The notes beneath the pieces were generated by a model. It searched no databases. It was not told the origin of the DNA and saw nothing but the letters and a program-made list of their open reading frames with translations. From NCBI GenBank assembly GCA_036630325.1, contig CP142736.1, positions 806,001 through 870,000 on the forward strand: DNA of 64,000 nucleotides. The letters are read 5' to 3'. The DNA is from Vairimorpha necatrix. Lineage: Eukaryota. Below are positions 49,201 to 57,910 of this stretch, piece after piece. Numbering within the stretch: the first letter of the stretch is position 1; the number at the start of each line of letters is the position of its first letter. Made by a program: the position numbers and the translations under genes.

Positions 49201-50271
49201 ATGGCGATTACAGTGTGACCATTAATTGAAACTGGAAGTTTTACTGTTAAATATTCAGACTTTTCTTTTAAAACTACCTTACAGTGAGAAAACTTAAGAT
49301 CTTTATTAGTTTTTAATTCATCCGTTTTGATCTTACTATTTTTATTCTCAATTCTTTTATTTTTACTGTAACACTCACTGGTGTTATGAGTTCTTGATTT
49401 GTGTAAGCTACACCATCGATTCATCTCATTTCTCAGTCTTGGTTCATTGACCTCGGCTTGAGAATTCTTAGTTAGCTCTAAGTCATTCAGAATTCTGACT
49501 ACTAATTCTTTCTCCAGGTTTATCAATAAGTATATAATGTCTTTAACACTCTTGGTATTAGATTTCATGACATAATCTTTGGTAGCGTCAGATAAAGCGT
49601 TCAAACAAATTTCATTAAACCTACGCTCATACTCACTCTTGGTATATTTTTCTATAAAGGATGCCACTTCAAGTTTGGCATCGATATCGGCAAACATATC
49701 CTCTATTAAATCATAATTTTCTTGTTTAATATCTAGCACTCTAACTCCTAAATTTGAGAATAAGTGATGCGGATATGAAATATTTAGTATTTCCTCCTTA
49801 AATTTTAAATAATTTTTAGAATTATCTTTTCCTTTCCATTCTTCACTTTCGATCAAACTTTGTAAAACTAGAAGAGTCTCTTCCTCGTCCCATTCCAATT
49901 TATTTTTTAGTTCTTCGAATTTTCGAAACCATGCTAACATATTGGTTTTCTCGATATTAGTTATAATCTCTAATTGCTTAATTATAGGCTGCTTTAGGCC
50001 TTTGACATTGATCTCAAAGCTGATCATGTTCCCTTGGTTTTTAATTTCTATCCTTTTATTAAGTTTAGGATACATCTTTGTTAAATTTAACTTGTGGTAT
50101 CCACCACTGAGGAAAGTATTTAGAAGATTTTTATTATTGATTTCATTCTTTCTTTCCATCATTTCGTACCCCTCTCCGGATAAAATATTTAAATAAATGT
50201 TGGAGGGAAAACTGAACGAATTTGGAGGGAAAGATTTTAAAAATATATTTTATGATATTTGGTATATCATA
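46251..50271 (-). mobile_element. Ty3/Gypsy LTR retrotransposon D (4021 bp, 179-bp LTRs)
   Basis: Direct repeats 46251-46429 and 50093-50271 with no mismatch seen. TSD CCATT (46246-46250, 50272-50276). PPT AAGGAGAGGTAGA on the minus strand. Inserted between two convergent host genes. Confidence 0.95.
46449..50162 (-). pseudogene. Element D gag-pol single frame with one in-frame stop
   Basis: CSLHKSRTHNTSEC knuckle, ILDTGC protease, YIDD RT, TDAS RNase H, HHCC/TDNG integrase. The stop at 48537-39 arises from a 6-bp tandem duplication (RLVVD*DYREL). Confidence 0.9.
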
Positions 50272-50337
50272 CCATTTAATAATAAAATAAATTTAAAACA
50301 AATTTATAATATTTAAATTATTTTATAACAAATTTAT

Positions 50338-51474
50338 TTAAAGACTTTTATTGTGCGTCATCTTAAAATACTCTCTAAATCCTAGTATACTTAGTAAAAT
50401 ACTCCCTAATACTAAATATATCCACACATGACTCGTCTTCTCTTCTTTCTGCTCAAACTTGTGTATCAAATCTGTCATATTCTTCTGTATACTCTGTAAT
50501 CTTATATCCATATCATTTACTCTCTCACTAATATGCTGTGATATCCCTTCTGATAACTTCTTATTAATTCCTTCTACCTTCTCTAATATTTTATTAGAGA
50601 AGTATTTTATACTCGGATTATCTGTATCTCCTAATACAGACTTAATATATTCCTGGAAATATTGGAAATTAGCAATAAAATGTCTCATTTCTTTATCTGA
50701 GTGTAAAATTTCATCAGGAGTGGGTATCTTTATACTTTCTGAATTTATTTTATCTGAGTCATAATCGTCATGTTCTTGTCTGGAATATAATTGCGCTTTA
50801 ATCAATTTAAAAGCTTTCTCTGATGACGTATACTTATAATAACTTGTTATAGAAAACCTTTTATCAATACCTAATAACTTATGTGGTTGTACACTAACTA
50901 TCCTCATATGATCATAAATCAACTTCGTGTCATTATACAACTCAATCTTGAAATTATTTCTTGTTACGATAACTTTAATTGTAAGATCTTTTACATTTTT
51001 AAGTCTATCAGGACTAAAAGAGTCTCTGTACAAACTAGTAGTATCTTTTAAATCTTCACCAGAATTAAAAGCGAAAACTAGTTCGGGACTAAGACCTTTA
51101 AACTCAATACCAGCCATCATGCCGTGGAAAATATTGTGGCCGCCTCTGAAATCCCCGAAATCCTGGTCATCTTGTGTGTACCAAAGGTAGACACCACCTT
51201 CTTCAGGGAAATGAAGATTTAGATCTGTGATGGTGTAAGAGAAAGACCATTCTGGGTATTTATTGTCAGCTAAGAAGTAGACGATGCCGCCTTGGTCTAA
51301 AGATCTTCTGAGGATTAAACCGTCAGGTGAGGATTTGAGACCTTTGACACCTACTAAATCATTAGAAGAATTTGGGATGTATTTGATGGAAGAAGAAGGT
51401 GTTTCAGTGTAAGAGGAACAAATGGATGGAGATAAGAGGTGGATGAATAAAAGAAGGAAGGTTTTTGAGAACAT
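50338..51474 (-). CDS. L-type lectin cargo receptor (Emp47/ERGIC-53/VIP36-like)
   Basis: Signal peptide, GGVYLWY...FRGG..FHGMMAGI lectin core, coiled coil, C-terminal TM and short tail. Confidence 0.8.
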   Translation of the reverse strand: MFSKTFLLLFIHLLSPSICSSYTETPSSSIKYIPNSSNDLVGVKGLKSSPDGLILRRSLDQGGIVYFLADNKYPEWSFSYTITDLNLHFPEEGGVYLWYTQDDQDFGDFRGGHNIFHGMMAGIEFKGLSPELVFAFNSGEDLKDTTSLYRDSFSPDRLKNVKDLTIKVIVTRNNFKIELYNDTKLIYDHMRIVSVQPHKLLGIDKRFSITSYYKYTSSEKAFKLIKAQLYSRQEHDDYDSDKINSESIKIPTPDEILHSDKEMRHFIANFQYFQEYIKSVLGDTDNPSIKYFSNKILEKVEGINKKLSEGISQHISERVNDMDIRLQSIQKNMTDLIHKFEQKEEKTSHVWIYLVLGSILLSILGFREYFKMTHNKSL

Positions 51475-52200
51475 TAATTGTTTGTTTATTATGAAAAAAA
51501 TTTATTTAAACAAAACCTGAAACATAAGACAACAAACAACCTAAAACGAACCAAAATAAAGTGTAGAAAAAAGATTCTATAGGAGTAAATTGCATATTAA
51601 ACATTCTTGTACTTTTTATAAAAATACTTGTTGAATATTCATGTTTTATTTAATAAATCTGATATTGAATATATTTTTTATAGAAATCTGCTTATTAATT
51701 TATTTTTATAGAAATATTCTGCTTCTTTATTGAATGTATTTTTAGAAATTTTCGTGGTGCTTTTTAAGTTCAATATATATTTAATTATCTTATTTAAACA
51801 TTGTATAAAGCTACTTATAAATTCTTAATTTTAATTAAACTGCTTTTTATACATAAAGTAATCTATATTAATATTCTATAACCCTGTTTTTTATAAATAT
51901 TGTATAATAAGACTTTCTTGTTCAAGTAATCTATTATATGTAATATTTGTGGTTTTATATCTTATAAGCTTATTTTCATATTATATAAAACCTTTTTATT
52001 ATAAATTCATGTGTTTTTAATTTTTAATAAATCTTTTAATATATTTAGTACTTAAATTTATAAATGTTTATTTAAACAGGGCATGCCTTTTAATTTGATC
52101 AATATAATTTAATCTTTAATAAATACATGTAAACAATACGCACAATATTAAATTTAAAAAGTATATTATATAGATTTAATACAAAAATAAAATCAATTAC

Positions 52201-52436
52201 TAAATTATATTTTTATGTATTATAAATTATATTTTCATGTATTATTAATTATATTTTCATGTATTATAAATTATATTTTTATGTATTATAAATTATATTT
52301 TTATGTATTATAAATTATATTTTTATGTATTATTAATTTTATTTTTATGTATTATTAATTATATTTTAATGTATTAAGTTATATTTTAATGTATTAAGTT
52401 ATATTTTTATGTATTATTAATTATATTTTTATGTAT
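52201..52436. repeat. AT-rich minisatellite (~21-23-bp unit TAAATTATATTTTTATGTATTA)
   Basis: About ten imperfect tandem copies read directly. Confidence 0.85.
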
Positions 52437-53080
52437 TGTTTACATGATGGTCAAAGAAAAAAACTTTAACATCAACTAACCTTAACAAACAATTGAATTT
52501 TAACAAACAATTAGAACAAATATTAAAATTTTATTATAAATTTTATTGTAAATTATATTGTTTTTAATAATAATACTATTAGTTTATTTTTTAATTTATC
52601 CTGCCAAGACTATTTGAATTATAATTATGTATAATTATAAAAAACGATTTGTTTGACACTTACAAAAACAACTAAAAGATTCTGGATTTTTTATAAGTAA
52701 AATTATCGAATTTTTAAAAAAAATCAAAAAGTTTATAAATTTATGGTTGTTTATAAACAGATAAAAAAAAACAATACTTTTGTTTGTTTGGCTTTATTTA
52801 CAAACAAACTTAATCAGTATAAATAGAAGAAAAAAACAATATAAAACAAAATAAAAAATATTTTTTTTTTATTTTTTTAGGAGGGATAATTTGTTTATTT
52901 TTTTAAATTAATAAAAAAAACAATACAAACTCATATTCTTATATTTTTTCTCCTATATAATGATTTTTCTCTCCTATATAATGATTTTTTTCTCCTATAT
53001 AATCATTTTTTTCTCCTATATTATGTTTTCTCCTTAATTAAAAATATAAAAAAAAATTATTTATTAAAGGGTATCTTAAA

Positions 53081-53611
53081 ATGTTATCATTAGACCAAAT
53101 AGAAAAATCTATTCTTTTTATGGATGACACTTATGACGCAAATTTCGGCGAATGGATTAGAAACGAAGATAATTGTAGAATAATAGCTTTTAATATGAAA
53201 AAATATTTAGACAAATATCCTGTATCTAATATGATAGTTGTTATTAAATGGATAGTAAAAGATTGGACTTTAAAGTCAATAATAATATTTACAAAAAAAA
53301 TGTTATTTGAAGATATAATAAATATTAATAATATTAAGATTGTTAGTGGGTTGATTCATACATGGAATCCACTTTTTATAAGTGAATTTATATTGGCTAC
53401 TACTAAATATTTTAGTAGTGAAGAGAAATTGAGGATATTGAAGATTTTATTGGAGAGTTTTGAAGATAAAAAGTTGAATGAAATATTTTTACATCTTGAT
53501 AATAAATTGGAAAGTGGAATAAAAAAAGATTTAGTTGATAAAAATGGGAGTATGAGAAGAAAAAGGAATAAGAGATCTAGAAGTATAATAGAAGCTTATA
53601 ATATATCATAA
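53081..53611 (+). CDS. Hypothetical protein, 176 aa
   Basis: Uninterrupted ORF with aaggggtatcttaaaATG (GGG-type) start context; no recognised motif. Confidence 0.75.
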   Translation: MLSLDQIEKSILFMDDTYDANFGEWIRNEDNCRIIAFNMKKYLDKYPVSNMIVVIKWIVKDWTLKSIIIFTKKMLFEDIININNIKIVSGLIHTWNPLFISEFILATTKYFSSEEKLRILKILLESFEDKKLNEIFLHLDNKLESGIKKDLVDKNGSMRRKRNKRSRSIIEAYNIS

Positions 53612-54254
53612 GAAAAAAAAACACATATTAATAACTCATTTATACCTTAAGTTTAGGTATAAATTGTAACTTATAGAGTTATAAGTTAAATGAAGTAAAA
53701 AAATAAAATGTATTATTTATAAACAAATTTATGGATTTATTATTTATAAAAACAAGTTTGTTTGTTTAGAAAAAAAAAACTATAAATAGAAATAATTTAG
53801 CATAAAAAAATAAAAAAAATTTTAAAGGGAACTGCCAGAGGTTTAAGTGTATCTTGTGAAAAAAATAAGACCAAAATAAATTATATAAGTTGGTTAAAAC
53901 TAGTAATAGAATATGGCCCGTACTGAGGCATATATACAGACAAAAGCACCCAACATGACATCTAAAAGGCTATTTATGACCAACACACGAAATCTAAATC
54001 GAGATCGTAAGATAAAACTAAGGACTAGATTTAATCTCGTTAGAAGATACCTGTAAAAATCCAAGACATATATATATATATATATATAATATATATATAC
54101 TTGAGCCTTGTTGAAATTCTTAAGGCATGAATCTATATGTTTATATTAATTATAAATATTTATTCAATGTCAAGATACTCTTCAATTTCATCGAATATAT
54201 ACTTGAGCCTTGTAGAAATTCTTGAGACATGAATCTATTATTTATTATAAATAT

Positions 54255-54725
54255 TTATTCAATGTCAAGATACTCTTCAATTTCATTCATCTCCCCCATA
54301 AATTCCTTATTCAAACTCTCAACCACTTCCTCAAAATTCATAGGCGGATCTTTCACAATCTTAGTTTTTATCTCAGGGAACCCTGACACAAGAAATCCTA
54401 TAGGCTTATTTTGGTCATCAAATACTATTTTTATATTGTTCTTGTATTTGTAGATCTTACTATTCCTTTCTATAGATAGTTCATCTACTATAGATTTACC
54501 AATAGATTTCTTGTTATTGTCGAGGATATCCTTAAGGATGTTGTGTGACTGATTTATCTTTTTTATTACACGTCTGCCGCCCACTTTCAAAACAGTAAGA
54601 TTTTTTTTATTGTCAGTAAGATTCTTAGAGTTGTCAGTAAGATTCTTAGAATTGTCCATAGAATTATCTATGAGATTCTTAGAATTGTCCATAGAATTAT
54701 CCATGAGATTCTTAGAGCTGGTCAT
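54255..54725 (-). CDS. Hypothetical protein with N-terminal SKNLxDN repeats
   Basis: Start re-assigned to ATG 54725 after atcccccttaaaaaa; continuous ORF. Confidence 0.65.
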   Translation of the reverse strand: MTSSKNLMDNSMDNSKNLIDNSMDNSKNLTDNSKNLTDNKKNLTVLKVGGRRVIKKINQSHNILKDILDNNKKSIGKSIVDELSIERNSKIYKYKNNIKIVFDDQNKPIGFLVSGFPEIKTKIVKDPPMNFEEVVESLNKEFMGEMNEIEEYLDIE

Positions 54726-54875
54726 TTTTTTAAGGGGGATAAGAAAATCACAGTAATACATTTTACTTTTTTATGATGTTTTAAATTAATAGAATTATAA
54801 AATAATGGTAACATATACGTCAAATTGATAACAAACCTAGTCTATGTTTAAGTTGATGTAATATTAATTAATACT

Positions 54876-55511
54876 TTATTCTTCTATCTGAGCTTGTCTC
54901 GCGAAGTCATAATCTTCATCTACTTCATTAGTCACATCATAATTGACATTAGTAGGTCTCAAATCCACATTAGATACAAACACTAAGCTACTATTATTAC
55001 TCAATTTCCTAGCTAATAACAAAAAGGGCTGCGCGAAATTATGAGTTGTTTTAGCACTGACTTCACAGTAGTCGTAGTCATACATTTTCAGATTATTAAG
55101 AATATTCTTCTTATTGACTTTTCTATCAACATTGTCTACTTTATTAGCCACTACTATTATAGGCTTATCTTCCCCGGCCGCAGTTTTAAAGTTCTTAATC
55201 CAAGTATTGAGATTATTGGCTGATATTCTACTAGTTACATCGTAGAAGAACATTGCCCCGTCTGCTCCTAGATAATATAAATCTTTTAGACCTGCTTTCT
55301 TTTCCTGGCCTGCTGTATCCCATACGTCGAAGATTATAGAGTGTTCAGTTGAGACCCAGAATGTAGCTTTATGGACTACTACACCTTGAGTGGCGATATA
55401 TTCCTTACAGAATGGGCCGTCTAAGACTCTATTTATGTAAGTTGTTTTTCCTACACCCCCGTCACCAATTAGACAGATTTTAAATTTTCTTGAATTTTCT
55501 TCCTTTGCCAT
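54876..55511 (-). CDS. GSP1: Ran GTPase
   Basis: GDGGVGKTT, WDTAGQEK, NKVD, SAK, NF.QPFL.LARKL motifs and an acidic tail. Confidence 0.92.
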   Translation of the reverse strand: MAKEENSRKFKICLIGDGGVGKTTYINRVLDGPFCKEYIATQGVVVHKATFWVSTEHSIIFDVWDTAGQEKKAGLKDLYYLGADGAMFFYDVTSRISANNLNTWIKNFKTAAGEDKPIIVVANKVDNVDRKVNKKNILNNLKMYDYDYCEVSAKTTHNFAQPFLLLARKLSNNSSLVFVSNVDLRPTNVNYDVTNEVDEDYDFARQAQIEE

Positions 55512-55755
55512 AAGGGGGTATAAAAAAAAACCAAATGTAATTCTTTAATATTTTCTTATAGATTTATGTATAGAATGTTTTATGTTTAGATTTAAGTATA
55601 GAATTTTTTAAGTATAGAAATATTTAGATTTAAATATTCAGATTGAAGTTTAGATTTAAGTATAAGTTTAGATATAAGTATAAGTTTAGATTTAATTCAA
55701 GTCAATATCTTACACATTTAATATTATATTCAATATTCAAAGCAATATTTAGTAT

Positions 55756-56442
55756 TTAATTATTTAGTATGTTCATTTTAGTGAAGGTTGTTATAAATTC
55801 CTCTACTTTATAATTCAGATCTTCTACTTCTATTTCTATTTCATAAGTCACTTCTTTATTCTTCCTTACTACTGTGAAGTCATAATTGAACCACTTGTCT
55901 GTGAAAGTGTCTCTGTCTCTGTGTCTTACAAATTCCACTGGGCTTTGAGTGTGTCTCTGCATTTGCTTCTCTTCTGTCATGATACTTATTCTTACATCAT
56001 ATTTATAATCTGGAAGATACAAGTCCAGGACTTGTATCTTACACTTCTTCTCACAGAATCTGTACTCATTATTTATGAATCTTATTCTGTTACCATTTCT
56101 AAGATATTTAAAAGAGTCTTCTATGTGTTCCTTAAAGATGATAGTAAAGTCTTTATCTAATTTAGTTGAAGATGACGATATTGTGTCTTTATCCACTTTT
56201 TTAAAACTTGAATTAGTTAAATCTTTTTTTAAGCTCTTGAAGTCCCATAAGTCCACCCCAGGGACAAATGAATGTTGACTTGGTAATTTAGAGAAGACTA
56301 CTGGGACAAGAGAGAGTAACTTCATCCTTGACTCTGTCTCCTTATTGTAGATTCTTCCTATACGGGCTTCTATCTCGTATTTTATAGAAGAGTATTTTAG
56401 TAGACTGGATTTTATAACTGAGAACCACTCAAATTTATCCAT
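55756..56442 (-). CDS. CET1: mRNA 5'-triphosphatase (TTM/CYTH fold)
   Basis: Motif A YEIEARIG, YDVRIS, R.RDRDTF, DFTVV, motif C YEIEIE. Start ATG 56442 follows a CCCCCC motif (alternative start 56466). Confidence 0.88.
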   Translation of the reverse strand: MDKFEWFSVIKSSLLKYSSIKYEIEARIGRIYNKETESRMKLLSLVPVVFSKLPSQHSFVPGVDLWDFKSLKKDLTNSSFKKVDKDTISSSSTKLDKDFTIIFKEHIEDSFKYLRNGNRIRFINNEYRFCEKKCKIQVLDLYLPDYKYDVRISIMTEEKQMQRHTQSPVEFVRHRDRDTFTDKWFNYDFTVVRKNKEVTYEIEIEVEDLNYKVEEFITTFTKMNILNN

Positions 56443-56462
56443 CAAAAAACAAGGGGGGATCT

Positions 56463-57017
56463 TCATATATATATTTTATTGTATTTATAGTGTATGTCAT
56501 CACATAAGCCCATAATATACTCCATAAGTCTCTCCACATTCTTCTCATGGACTTCTAATACACACTCTTTATTCTTCCCCATCTTGAGTCTGGTCTCCTG
56601 TCTCTTATCTCCTTTATACTGGTAGATCATCACATCATAAATCTTACTAGGAAGATAAATATAATTTATAGACACAGGCTCCACTAAATCAGGAGTGTAA
56701 GAAGAAGAGACACTCTTGGTCAATATCTCCTTATTCTTGACTCTGAATTTGTAGAGAGAAGGAAGACGGGAGAGAATGATGGGATTGAGGATATTGAGAG
56801 AAAAGGCGTGTTCAGTGACCTTGTGGACAATCTTACCGAAGAAGAGAGAGAGATTATTATCATTTAGAATGAGATCAGAGAAAACAGACTTGAAAGATTT
56901 ATTATCATGATTTTTATCATGAAGTACAAACTTATTATCATGATGTACAAACTTATTATCATGATGTATAGTTTTATTAGTGGGATGTATAGTTTTATTA
57001 GTGTGATTATTATCCAT
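56463..57017 (-). CDS. Degenerate Cet1-like paralog lacking the catalytic glutamate motifs
   Basis: Manual alignment to the adjacent Cet1: FGKIVHKVTE..LNPIILSRLPS vs IGRIYNKETE..LVPVVFSKLPS; YLPSKIYDVMI vs YLPDYKYDVRI. Start ATG 57017 after ttatcccc. Confidence 0.7.
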   Translation of the reverse strand: MDNNHTNKTIHPTNKTIHHDNKFVHHDNKFVLHDKNHDNKSFKSVFSDLILNDNNLSLFFGKIVHKVTEHAFSLNILNPIILSRLPSLYKFRVKNKEILTKSVSSSYTPDLVEPVSINYIYLPSKIYDVMIYQYKGDKRQETRLKMGKNKECVLEVHEKNVERLMEYIMGLCDDIHYKYNKIYI

Positions 57018-57376
57018 GGGGATAAAAATAATAAACATAGATCTACAGATGATAAAGAAATAAACATAGATCTATAGATGATAAATTTTAAAACATAGAT
57101 CTACAGAATAAAGTTGAGAGAAATATAGAAGAGTAAATATAAATTACAGAACGAGTTATGGAATTGATTCATTCAGTAAATATGAGAGATCATAGTACAC
57201 ATTATCTTTATGAACCCCAAAAACGAAGTGCAAAAAAAGATGAGTTTTTATATAACAGAATCAAACACTCTACATTGTTTTATACATTGTATTATACATT
57301 CTACATTGTATTATACATAAAAAGAATATATGTCATTATTATATATTAGTACATTTATTATATATTAGTACATTTA

Positions 57377-57910
57377 TTATATATTAGTACATTTATTACT
57401 CTTAAATATTCCTACTATAGACATCACCAAGTAACTTATCATAAATGTCATCACTCCATTAATAACCCACAGTGGTATATTCTCAATATATTCTGCCAAA
57501 TACTCCACCACATAGTAAAACTTAACATACACAAATGCATAAATCTTAGTAAAATATGTATCAGGATTCAGAAACCTGTACATTGGCTTAATATTCCTCC
57601 ATTCTTCATTATTCACAATATTAAACAAGTCATCTACTGTCTCAGCCTGGACTCTGTAAGATCTCAACTTGGATCTTATAATAAAAGAAGGGAACTCGTA
57701 CACATAGAAATGTGAACTAATAAGCGGGTCAGAATGAAAATTCAGTCTCTTGATGGGTATATTTAACTCGGAGATTTTATTATTAAACTTAGTGCAGAGT
57801 GGGCAGTCTAAGTCGGGTTTATTGTAATAAATGTAGATTAGGAATGTAGAAGGATCAGAGAAGTCTGAGTAAGAAAGAGAAGAGAAAATAGAGAGAAAAT
57901 GTATAAACAT
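57377..57910 (-). CDS. Thioredoxin-like ER membrane protein (TMX-like)
   Basis: Signal peptide, CPLC (CxxC), F.VYEFPSF cis-Pro region, C-terminal TM. Start ATG 57910 after acaccccttctt. Confidence 0.7.
   Translation of the reverse strand: MFIHFLSIFSSLSYSDFSDPSTFLIYIYYNKPDLDCPLCTKFNNKISELNIPIKRLNFHSDPLISSHFYVYEFPSFIIRSKLRSYRVQAETVDDLFNIVNNEEWRNIKPMYRFLNPDTYFTKIYAFVYVKFYYVVEYLAEYIENIPLWVINGVMTFMISYLVMSIVGIFKSNKCTNI

Noticed and set aside
52201-52436. Regular ~22-bp repeats as a CRISPR-like array
   Set aside because: No unique spacers, eukaryotic context and no cas genes; a simple minisatellite.
43812-55511. RCC1 and Ran close together as a functional cluster
   Set aside because: Separated by unrelated genes; proximity is unremarkable in a compact genome.
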